DNA from: Tubiluchus corallicola
Taxonomy: Eukaryota > Animalia > Priapulida
Direction of reading: 5' to 3'
Assembly (NCBI GenBank): GCA_030141605.1
Contig: JAQGDQ010000247.1
Span: 248,001 to 312,000 of the forward strand
DNA length: 64,000 bases
Shown piece after piece: positions 38,964-51,000 of the stretch. The notes under the pieces were generated by a model. The model did no database searches, was not told the origin of the DNA, and saw nothing but the letters and a program-made list of their open reading frames with translations. Both the position numbers and the translations under genes were made by a program. The number at the start of each line of letters is the position of its first letter. Within the stretch, counting starts at the first letter, position 1.

Positions 38964-40946
38964 AGGAAAGAAAGAAAGAAAGAAAGAAAGAATCTCTTTT
39001 GAGATTATAAAGGGCATTCAACGTTTTATTAAACGGAAATGCATCCCATTTACGGCAATTTAACTTATCGAATTGCTTAAATTACAATATGCTTTAACAC
39101 TATGTGCTTCCAGCTAAACATTGAATTAGATGAAATTCGTCAGCGTTACTGGGTTTTGACATTTTATGCAGGCTGTTATTCACTTTTCGTTTGGAGGCAC
39201 TTGAAGTGCTCACTCTGCTCCTTGGGGTGCATTATGTCGGGAGCTTACGGTTTAGTTCCATTGCAATTGATCCCACAGCTAAAGGTGCTGACAAGATTAC
39301 AGACGTGGCTGCGAGATGCTTGCAGAATACATTAGAACAGGTAAATTTGGCTACCTAGTTTATTTTGCACACCGGCTTTTATCACAGTGCAAATGGTCGG
39401 TTCTCACAAATATAATAGTTATGCATTTACACAGTACAAAGTGATAGAATACAGTCAACAGTTGATACGTTTTCACTAAGCCTATGTGCTTCTATAGTGT
39501 GAGTGAGTGAGTGTTACAATATTATTAAATCGACATATTTACATGCATCATACATTACAATCATTTTTACCGTTTTATGCATGACAAAACTGTAGACATA
39601 AAGTCAGCCATTTGGGGTTATAAGTGAATGTCTAATAAGGCGAAAAGATTTTTTAATATGTAGGCCTACACGTAGCAAAATTCATACTGATAATATCATA
39701 CATATAGTTATGAAGGGTATTGTTTTAGTCTTCGTTTCCGTTGTGTTATATTCATGCTCACGCCAGACGTTCTCAATTTCATGTTACAATGAATGCAGGT
39801 GGTGCTGATTTGCTGGTCCTTTCATTATAAGTAACTTAGATAGAAAATCTGCCAGATAACTGCTTCACCTGTCAATGCTAACACGTCCATATAAGAAGAG
39901 GTGCTAAGATGGTGAAACACCTATCCGCAAAAACGTTGAACCGGGAAGTATTGCTGATACGCAATGGTTTATACATATACATAACATACATAATCTTTAT
40001 TTAAAGTCGGGTGTACAACGGAAGAACAGTAGCAAAATAGGCTATTCATAACGACTAAAATATACTATGCTAAAAAATTTTGCTAAAATAGACATACAAT
40101 ATTACTCAAATTGATGAAAAAACAAAAATGAAAATGAGGTATTCTGCAAAATACAAAATAAGGTCATGCAAGCAAGGATAAAAGCAAGACAGTCACAAAT
40201 ATTTAAAAAGGTGAGCATCACTTAATTCTGAGAATATGAAAAGATTATATGGAGATAAAAAACACTAAAACTGATAATGGATCGAACCATCACAAAGTAG
40301 AATGGGGTGTGTGAAAATAAATGACATTTCTTCCACAGTACAATATCTTCACTGAGGTTCATTACTAGATTCAGAGTTTTTTATTTTCTTTGAAGCTGAG
40401 GCTTAGCTCACTGGCTTATCCCTATGCTCACTGTAAATAAGCCATAACAAGTTTATGTTGTTTTTGGCCTTTTACATTTCGCGTTAATCGCTCCTTCAAT
40501 AGGAGACTAAAGACTGTAGTAAATACTGCGAGCATGGCTGCAAACACAAACTTTATTCTAGGTAGTACCATTACTCTCACTCGGCCTATTCGAAAATTCT
40601 AATGACAGAAACGTAAACAAACATAATTTCTGCATGTCATCATGTACAGTTACACCTGTGTCTATTTCGAAATTAGTTGTTAACTTTGCTGTTACAGGTT
40701 ATTTTAAGTGCATTTGGAAAGCTGATTCTCTGCACATATCTGTCACAAGAATCAATGAAGCTCATACCACTCCTCGTGTTCGTCTTTCTCCTGGGACGTC
40801 TCACATTCTGGATTGGATATCTGAAATATCCACTGCATCGAGCTTTTGGATTCGCTACCACTTTCATGCCGATAAACGTCATCATTTTCTTATGTTGTTA
40901 TTATATGTTTACAGCGGGATTAGATTACGATGCCATCAAAGCTTAA
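37637..40946 (+). CDS. TMEM79: TMEM79/mattrin-like (MAPEG-superfamily) membrane protein, copy A. Exons 37637-37675, 38558-38664, 39172-39340, 40698-40946
   Basis: MSHPPSTFDQKGK|VLKGIATSLTVQFTILYVGYYYLPIPLPNLPTVYDR|LLFTFRLEALEV...ARCLQNTLEQ|VILSAFGKLILCTYLSQESMKLIPLLVFVFLLGRLTFWIGY...RAFGFATTFMP. Resembles recalled TMEM79 segments (RLVYTLR, STYLPQDTLKLLP, RLIYW, RGFG) and the MAPEG NxxE motif. GT-AG introns are in phase. Confidence 0.82.
37908..37966 (-). mobile_element. 5S rRNA-derived SINE head
   Basis: Minus strand reads aagttaagcagtgccaaacctggttaataaatgaatacaggactggtgggaaaactgc. Confidence 0.55.
38890..38992 (+). repeat. (GAAA)n microsatellite in TMEM79-like copy A intron 2
   Basis: Read directly from the sequence. 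Confidence 0.95.
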
Positions 40947-41659
40947 ACGATGAAAGGAAGTATTAATTAGACTCAAGTAATGTCAGCTAGTGTCAAGGAG
41001 TTTGTTCCAATTAATTGATATTAAAGCCATTCAAACTATCAATTACTGCCAAAAAGCATCGAATAACTAAAGAGTGTTAAGAAAAGTTTGTAAGTAGTCA
41101 CCTATTTTTTCATTGGCACCACTACAGCTACAGCTATTATCATCAGCATTTCTATTCAATCTCATAAATAAGAAGCAGAGTGTTTCTCCCAGGTTCTTCC
41201 TACTTGTAACACCTACAATATGCCAGTGTGGTTTAGGAACTGCTTTATTGTGTGTTAGATCGAGACAGTTATATCACAAAACTACTTGCTAAATCAAAGA
41301 ATGACAACAAACAGTAATGATTCGCTTTTTGCTTTTAAAAAAAATAATGTCATAGATTACCATCAATGAGAAGTACCATTGCAGAATTGTTATATCTTCA
41401 CCCAGCAGCTTGGTTATGTCTTGCTGATTGTTCTACTGTTTTGCTCTGTAGGGTAAGTAATCTTACTATCTCGTTCAGGCAGCTTCATTCTTTTTACCAC
41501 ATACTGAGTTATTTTGTATTACGTTTTGTTTGAGAAATATCCCCGTTTTGTTTGGGAGTTTTGACCTTTTGCCAGATCTCTCTCAACGGCAATAATCGAC
41601 GTATTATATACCTTAAAGACTAAAGGGAACATTACAATCATTAGCTTTACTATTACTAC

Positions 41660-41930
41660 TTCCCCCCCACCATCACCATCATCACTACCAACAGCTTAAT
41701 ATTATTACCACTTAGTTCAACATCATCACTATAAGCAATGCCACTGCTAGCACCACTACTTTCCAGCTTCCAGTTAGTTCCATCACCACCACTTCCACCA
41801 TATCATCATTATTATCATCATCATCATCGTCATCATCATCATCACCATCATCACAATCATTCATCATATTTCTGTATCATCATCATCGTTGCTCTTGTCA
41901 TCCACATCATCATCGGCTTCGTCATCGTCG
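41660..41930 (+). repeat. Degenerate (CAT/CAC)n tract
   Basis: Read directly from the sequence. Confidence 0.85.
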
Positions 41931-43249
41931 CATAAAATAAATGCTTGATGCTTTTTAGCACTCGATGATATTTAGACTTTTTGGTTGATGCTATTGACGC
42001 TTGAGTGTCATTTTATTGACTGGTGCCTTTGATACTCTTTGGTCATGCTTCTGGATGTCTTTTAACATATCTCGATAGTCTGATAGTCTAATACAGTTGA
42101 TAAAATAGTGATAACAACTTTTTAAAAATTATTTGTGTCTGCAAACCCACGTGAGTCTTGATTGTTTATAACTATATTGACATATTGTTTATAATGACAT
42201 GAAAAAGAGATAAATAAACAACGATGTTGCATTGAAGAATTATAGTTTTGCGCTTTATTTCGAGGAAAATATATAAAAACAAACCCTTGTTCTATAAAGA
42301 CAAGAAAAATTGTGCATCAAACAAGCAAACAATAGTAGTTATGACAATTAAGAAAACATTGTAGAATATACTGCAAAAAATTACAGTTTGCACCACTACA
42401 TTGTCCGTAATGGAAAACTTCTAATCAAATCTACTAAAAGGTAAATGCTCTTTGGGCAAAGAATTAAAATTTCTATTGACCAAAGAGTTCATCACAATTA
42501 TTACAGAAGTAATTTAGCTCATCACAATAACAGTAAATTGTCATTACTCATAATTATTTTCAGGGTATTAAGTACAAGTTTTCTAGACAAAATTAATAAC
42601 TTTGTTTAGCGCAAATAGCTCGCAGGGGAAACCAACGACAGTTTTTTTATGCATAATCAGATTTTTGAACCAGAAAGTTGGTCGCCTGGAATGGATATGC
42701 TTTTTAATGACTAATTTTAATTTAAGAAATGTAATACACATGAATGTGTAATTTTTTAAGCCCGACTCAAGCGGACCATGCCTGGAAGATTATCATGTTA
42801 TCGTCATACTGAAAAATTTAGTATCCATTACTTTTTGATGTCTTAATCTTACCTCTCAAGATAAGGATAAAATATTTTATTGACACAAGCAGTTATTATA
42901 TTGAAAAGACCTTGAACGCGCAAGCAAAGCTTTTGAGTTTGTATTGAACCTATGCTGCTTGGTACAAGGCCAGGGCAGGTATAACATACCTGTAGAGCTG
43001 CAGCTAGTGGTGCCTTGTAACATTTTAATCATTTTGATTTTTGTGTAAAGAAATCCATTAGTAATAGACCTACACTGGTTGTTATTCATTACACGTGCAG
43101 AAGTAAGGAACAAATGCATCACCAATAGTGGAATTATGTATACTCCCTCTGCTTGATTTTATGTTCACTTCGTCTGAAGAGTGAAGAGTTTTGACACACT
43201 GTTGAATATCAGACCACCCACCTGCAGAAGACGGCTCATACCTCAGAAA

Positions 43250-45423
43250 ATGAGTAATCCACCTTCCACATCAGAACAGAAAATACGGGTGAGTTTTTTT
43301 ACAATGGATGACAGAGAAAAACCGCACTGTAATTAGATTATATATATTTCTTTATTCATACCTTAATTTTTACACTTTGAGTTAGTTAATTAAGTTAAAC
43401 TGAAAAAAACAACAACACCATTCACATAGACATACATATACATACAGGTTAGTGACGGTTAATGCAAAGATTTTTACACAGTATTCACATGCAGATACTA
43501 ATTGGTGGCTAAGTAACTTATGATTATTTTCATTTGCACATTATTTAGGCTTATGTCATACAAACCTTCGATCCCATATAAACACTCCAGGATCATATTA
43601 GCATAGACCATATTCTCATGCGTTAAATTAGCAACATGATGCTCCATATAGTTCAATTTCTTAAAATTAAAAATATCTAAACTATTCACATTATCAAAAC
43701 ACTCAAATGTCTTACATTAAATCCGATAATGCTCCTAGCACCACTGTTTTACAGTTTTACATAGATATTATACCATTTGGTTTGTAGATTTCAAACACCG
43801 CTCTATGAATCTCAGATTCCTTAGACATATGTGCCAGTTCGGAGGACACATAACAGGATTAGACCTATTTATGCTGAAATAATAATAGAAATTAATAGCA
43901 TTAATAGACTTTTGTGATTACTTGTAACATAAACAGTTGTATAACTGATCACCGGAATCAATTGGAATTGAGAAGTGGTGATGTCCTCATTTAGGTTCAT
44001 TAAGTGTTATGAAGCCAACTCCAGTATTATAGATGCAGTGTGCAATAAATGTATGCCAGTTATGTCATGCATCAAAAGTCGTTTAAACTCACACACACTA
44101 AAAAGTCTTAAGTTTATAAAAAAGATTGGCCAACGATCTACAGGCGTGGAGCTCCAGCTAAAGCCCATTTTTCCAAAATTATATAACTATAAAGACTTAT
44201 TCATAGCAGATACTTTCATGTTGGTGAACTGTACCAACATGAGCCAACTGTTAATAGATCGCGCCTTTATTAGATAATTGAATTAATTAGTAAGCAATAA
44301 CCAATACTAATCAATCCGTAGGTTCTAATAGCATTTATAGCGGGTTTTTCTTTGAATTCAGGTAGCTAAAGGCATAATAACGAGCTTTGTAGTACAAATG
44401 CTCGTACTTTATGTGGGATATCATTACGTGTCAATTCCTCTACCGAATCTTCCTACTGTCTTTGAGAGGTAAGAAATAACGCAGTAAATGTTTGAAACTA
44501 CGTTTTATTTGACATTTGCCATAATTACATGTATAAAGAAGACGGATTTTCCTTATGAATGAAAAAAATTTATTGGTCATCAGAAAATTTTGGGAACACT
44601 TATTCCGTAAATTACAAATTAAGAAGACCACAGTTACGAAAGCACATAATACTATGTACTGTAATTGTGCCGCTTGAGCCATTTTTTTATCTAAATATAT
44701 GTCTACCAAAGGCTCACAATAACCAGTTTGTTAAACAGAATTAATATTAATATTTTCTATATTTCTATTAATATTAAACAGAATTAGAATAATATTCTCT
44801 ATTGGCAGGCTGCTATTTACTCTGCGCTTAGAGGCTCTAGAAGTGCTCATTCTGCTCCTAGGGGTACATTATGTGGGACACCTACGCTTTACGTCCATTG
44901 CAATTGATCCCACAGCTAAAGGTGCTGATAGGGTTACAGACGTACCTGCGAGATGCTTGCAGAACACATTAGAACAGGTAAAAACTGTAATCAACACTGC
45001 TATAACAGAAAGCTATATCCACCTAACAAAGTAGAGAACTATTTACAACTATATTGCGGTTTTACTGTCCATCAATTCTTAACTAACTACTAGTAGTAGC
45101 AAAACTTATTTGCTTTCCTCTCTCTCTCTCCCTCTCTCGCATATAATTCATTATAGTACAGTTTAATGCTACAGGTTGTTTTAAGTGTGTTTGCAAAGCT
45201 GATTCTCTGCACATATCTGACACAAGAATCAATGAAGCTCATACCACTCCTCGTATTCCTCTTTCTCTTGGGACGTCTCGCATTCTGGATTGGATACCTG
45301 AAATATCCACTGCATCGAGCTTTTGGATTTGCTACCACTATAATGCCAACGTTCCTCACGTTGATGTACTGCTGCTACTGCATTATTGCTAAAGGTTTGG
45401 ATTACGATATCCTCAAAGCTTAA
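43250..45423 (+). CDS. TMEM79: TMEM79/mattrin-like (MAPEG-superfamily) membrane protein, copy B. Exons 43250-43288, 44362-44468, 44809-44977, 45175-45423
   Basis: Same exon sizes as copy A (39/107/169/249 nt). MSNPPSTSEQKIR|VAKGIITSFVVQMLVLYVGYHYVSIPLPNLPTVFER|LLFTLRLEALEV...QNTLEQ|VVLSVFAKLILCTYLTQESMKLIP...DILKA*. Confidence 0.82.
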
Positions 45424-45820
45424 TAATTCAGGTAGCAGCACTAGCTTATCAACTGGTTCAGTCAAGACGGATGGTACTACTAGTGCATTACACGTATTTT
45501 TCTGTATCACAAGTTGACTAAATAAATCTATACTTGCAAAATTTTCATCTCGTTATTTTAACTGTTTTCGAAAAACACTTAATTCGCCATACATGACGTG
45601 TTTAGACATTGAAAGTGAAAAATATTCTTTTGGGACTTGAATCCAACTTAATTCGGGGGATTTAGAGTAAGCATCTGTCCTTAATATCAGATTTATCTTG
45701 TTACTAGCATACCTAATAATGATGATTTTTGATCAGAAAACAAAAGGGATGGTCATTATCAGTGAAAGTAGCTAAAACTATAATGCAAATCACAGTGACT
45801 GAGACTTAATCAACATCTAC

Positions 45821-45897
45821 AAAAGTTAAGCAGTAGTAGACTCGACTAATAAATGGATGACTACCAAGAAAATAAATGGATGACCACCAAGAAAACT
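45821..45897 (+). mobile_element. 5S rRNA-derived SINE head with an internal duplication of the C-box segment
   Basis: aaaagttaagcagtagtagactcgact followed by two copies of aataaatggatgacYaccaagaa. Confidence 0.5.
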
Positions 45898-46543
45898 TTT
45901 GGGTGATTTTTTTCTACCATACAGCATGCAGACTTTTGCTCAGAAGTGGTACTGACAAGGAACAGCAGTGTCTAGTTTTTTTTTGCTGATGTCTAGTTTT
46001 CAGTGTCTAGTTTACCTGGTTTGATGATAGATTTATTTTAAGTCTGCCTTCCCAGTGTCTACAGTAGACGTAATGGGCAAAAGTTGATGATGCAAACATG
46101 TGGTTAGTTTAGAAACACATCTGTCGCTTCAGTTCTGATCCCAGATAATTATCACTGATAGGTACCTAGATTCCCGTCCTGGCACAACCATTCACTATAG
46201 GGCTCTGCTGCTGAGTTAAAATGTACGAATATAAGTTGACATACCTATTAATTATTTACACAGAGTTTTAGTTTTTCAATATTGTACCATTATTACTACA
46301 CAGGATTATCATTACGCAATGACTACTTGGTTTCTCACAGCAAACACTGCAGAAAACCATCTGGACCTAAACCTGACATTCACAATAGGGTTGGTTAAAC
46401 AGAAATGCAAACACTGCAGTGTTAGATGCAATCATTAAACAGTTCGACTCTCATACATTTTCATGAAAAGGTAAACAGGACTTTTTAACTGAAATAAACC
46501 AATAATTTAACAAACACAGATTAATATTTCAATTTAAATATGA

Positions 46544-46549
46544 TTTATT
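46544..46549 (-). terminator. Candidate NF1 polyadenylation signal (AATAAA on minus strand), implying a ~1.5 kb 3'UTR
   Basis: tttatt on + at 46544-46549, followed on the minus strand by T/GT-rich sequence. Other AATAAA candidates exist. Confidence 0.35.
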
Positions 46550-48083
46550 AGATAAATATACACAACTATATAAGCTAAAATTACTATTATTAGATAACAT
46601 TTTACAAATCTGAAATGTACAATACACAAATGATAATAAGCTCTAAAACCAACATCTAATACAAATTAATTAAACAAAACAATTTTACATTTTTTTGATT
46701 CACAAGGAGACGATTTCGTAGGAAAATAATGATGGATTTGTGACAGGACCTTTTCTTGTAATAAAATATTGGAATAGTGATATGTACAGTATCTGGTCTG
46801 AACACCACTGTCGCAAGTATTTTTAAAGCTTCTTGAATTATATCTCACTCTGCAGTCACAAATTTGTTTAGTTGGTAGGTGTGATATTTAGAGATTAGAT
46901 AGAAACATTTAATACCGACAAATAAGCATAGATTCTTGCAAATCTTCAGTCCCTAATCTGTAAAGTGTGAAAGAAGTTTCGTTTACAGAAAAAATGCCTA
47001 ATCTTTTTAATGAAACACAAATATTTCATGATAATAAAAACAAAACCCAAGATTTAAAACATTAACACACACACACACACACACAACAAGTTTAAACCAG
47101 AGCAAATAAATTTTGAATCTCAAATGTAATGACTAACATATCTGCGTCCGGTTATACTGATAGCTTGCAAAAATATAATCTACATCTTTAAAAGCAAGAA
47201 TATACCATAGAAAATCTCTCAAACAGTGAACATGATCAACGTCTAATATAAGCTGTACATATAAAGCATTGAGACGTGAAATTTTATAATTTATACACAA
47301 ACGGATGTCTGCAGGAAGACGTTCACAACAAGCAATATTAGCAAAATAGAGGCTAAAGTATTCTAAATGAAATATAATGTATGAACAAATGTGTATGTCT
47401 AGTTTGATAATTTTAAGCTTGATGTAACATCTTTAAAACAAATGCCAACAAAAAGTCACCTAATTAAGGTTCCCATAATATTATGAAGGCAGAAGGAGAG
47501 TTATTGACTATGATAGTGCAAAAACCCGTGACAAAATAACACCATCATCATCAGCAACACGATTTTCAACCGCCGCACATCGTAGATATGCTTGTGGCAT
47601 TGCGCAAATAACTACCTGTTTGTTATGGGAACGGGGCTTTTAGGGGGTATGCCCAAAAAGAGGTTCTCCTTAGACTATGAGAACTGTATAGACGAGTACG
47701 TAATGCTTGGACGTTCCATGAGTCGCATATTGTACTGCCAAGTTCAGTAAATTTCGAAATTTACAGGCAATAAAGGCTTCATGGATATTTTGTCCTACAG
47801 ACAACTAAATTTACAAGATACAAGCCAACATTATCTAACAATTACAGTAATTACTACACAAAAAAAAAATCTATAATTCTGACTGTACAACTTCATTTTG
47901 CAGCCAAGGGGCTAGCTTCCATATATATATAAAGTTCATACTACGCACAACACTATATACTCATCTGTACGATAAGCAAAAACCTTTCAGCAGTAGACTG
48001 ACCAGAATTAAAACCAAGATTTCTTTGCAATGCTCACACTCAACTCTTGACAATACACGATCCTTTACAGTAATAACTGCACC

Positions 48084-51000
48084 TCACTCGTACTGAGCCG
48101 GGTTGTTGTTCTTTTTCGAGCTCTTTCGCTTGAAACTACCGCCAACTGGCCGTTGATTTGCCTGACTAGCTGAGCCGTGCCGAATTCTATTCGAGTTGGA
48201 ATTTCCGTTAGTCTGTGAATACTCCAAGACCTGAAGCAAGCAAACAGATGTGTCATAATTTTTTATTAACCTTACATTACTCCCAATAAATAACATGGGA
48301 GAGTTCAGTTGCGTAATAATCAGAAGTTACAAATATATTTACGACTTTGTAAAAATGTGACATGGTAATGATAGCTATTAAAAACAAAATCTGATGCAAA
48401 CACTAAAAAGTGCCTTAGTGTACAATAATATCTACAAAAAACTCAGTCAAATTTTGCAATTCAATAATTATTTAGTAAAAACAGTTTGATTTGTCTAACA
48501 TTAAACTTTGTAACACAAGCATTTTTATTTAGTACATACAAATAATATGTTGTGCAAAAGCTGTCTACATTAGTATTTTAATATTTAGGTAAATAGAATT
48601 TAAATAAACATGAAGCTGACACTGGCACATAAAGTCTTTAACAATTATTCATATTCTGCAAACTTAGCACTGTCATTTAACAACAAAATTGTTACTGACT
48701 ACAAGATAATCGCTAAGTAAATGAACAAATATTTCAAATGTTTGACAGTGCTAAAAATTCAACTGGTTACACACAGACAGACTTAAGGCTAGAGTAACAA
48801 GTACAAACGCACCCCTGAAACTTCTTTCTCAGTCGGCGAGCTCAGGGTCAGACTAGACATAGAACTAGAGAGATTTAGATTGGATGAGACAGATAGGGTG
48901 CTCGGGTATTGTGACAGGTTGTCGGGATCATCACCGGGTAAGCACGTCTCTACCATGGCTTCCAGACAGTTGACAAACAACTCTGCATTGTCGGGACTAG
49001 CAGCACTCTAGAAAAACAGAATGAGAGTTTGACAAAAATGTATTAAAAGCTTGATAAAAGACATTAATTTTCATTAACTATAATATAAAATTAATTTTTG
49101 TTGGTTTTATAAGCAAGAAATTTGGTTGACATTCGAATTTTATTAAACTGGTAGATGAAAAGATGAAAACTGCTATTACATGACTCACCGTAACAGTAAC
49201 TTTACAGAATGGTCCTGCAAATCTCCACAACCCACCAAAGCCGCAACCTACAAAATAAACAATGTTAGAATCATGGCAAACTGTTACATTTGACAAGAGA
49301 GTTCACTTAACAAGTGAAAATGCAAAAAATAATTTTTCTTACTTCAAATATTAAGCTGCTATCTTTCAGTTAGTATACCAGGTGGCGCAATTAATGTGTT
49401 GAAGATTTGATCAAAATTTTTCACAAAATCACACATTTTCATCATAAACTAGATGAAGGCATTTTTCCAACAGCTTGATACAGTTTCTCACTTCTTTAAG
49501 CAGTATTTGGTCCACAAAATTTAAGCACCACTAACGGAAAATACTGAAATCCTAAATTCTGTAAATCTCACTTCAAAACTGCATTCTGTGAACAATTAAC
49601 ACGACGGTAACACACGTTTGTCTTGGAAGCACAACACAGATCTTAGCCAAACTTTCATTACACAATCTAACTGACATAATTAAAACATGTCAAGGCCAAT
49701 ACTACTTAACAATCTGTACTTACTCTGTAAATATGAAAGCTGTAACTGCTGAGACGAACTGTCCTCACACGCTATCATATTCTGTATAATACTTTGCACA
49801 GCATTCAGTATAGCTTGGTCATGACATAGTGACAGAACACTATTAATCTTAGCATCCAATAAGCTATGTCTAAAATGTAAAAGATAATATCAAATATACA
49901 ATAATTCCATACTAACTACTTAGTTATTCTCACATCCAACTGATATGGAAATACTTCTTGTGCTTTAACATTTATAGACATTTCCGTAAAACATGAAAGC
50001 TATTTTTTAACACTTTTAATGCTGATTTTAGTGAACAATTTCCAAAATAAAGAAAAGTCATGTTTGTATTTTATAGTGTCATTCAATAGCAAGAGTGGTC
50101 TGATAGCTGCTGTGTTGTTAGAACATACAAACTACTACAACTGTGAAAGTACAACACGTGAATAACCACACTCACATGAATAACCACACTTACATGACGG
50201 GAAAAACTTTAGGAAAAACAACTGATGCTTCAGCCAAGTATTCATAGAGGATCCGAGCTTCGTTTTCATCCGTTGTATTCCTGACCAAGGTTGCCTGAAA
50301 AAACATTCTTAATTTTACAATTTGTTTGCAACAATTTAGTACAACAGCAATTTTTGATGTTGGAAGAATGCTAAAATTTACTTTTAAAAAATTTCGATAA
50401 TAGCCAATATTATATATACATTTTACAATTCATGGCAACATTTTATAAAGCTGCATACATGCAAAAATGATTTCAAGATGATCTTAACCGTGTCATAAAA
50501 AGAGTGAGCTCAAAAAGGCAAGAGAAAACAAAAATCTCAAAGTTTAATTTACACATAAACGTAAAAATAATAATAAATGACAGTAAACACACTTTATTTA
50601 TTTTTGTCAGAAAATGTGTAAACTGTGAATTTTGAGGTATAGTTACAGCAAATTTTAAAACATGAAAATAAAAGAAGACGTATTATTTGAAGAATTAAAA
50701 CGCTGCAGAATCGCACCCACCAGAACAGTAAGCGTGAGAGCCTGAGTAGGGAAATCAGTGAGTACTTCAGGATCCAATAAAATGTTGTTTTCATTTGACA
50801 CAGACACCCGATTACTACGTTCCTGCGTTGACGATACTTCACTGATGTGTCCTGAAACAGAAGATGTATCCACATATTCATGCAAGCTCTAAAGCAAGAA
50901 TTAAGCAAGCTTAACCTTGCATAAAATTATTAATTGCATAATCCTTGCATAAATTAGTTATTAACACACTCTGAAAGTTTGAAACATGAATAAGCATAAT

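Noticed and set aside
41301-41458. Exon-like segment with a strong GTAAGT donor between the TMEM79-like copies
   Set aside because: Both genes already have complete first coding exons, and I recognised no protein in any frame.
43330-44300. Possible LINE 3' fragment on the minus strand in TMEM79-like copy B intron 1
   Set aside because: Composition is suggestive, but I could not find an RT or endonuclease motif.
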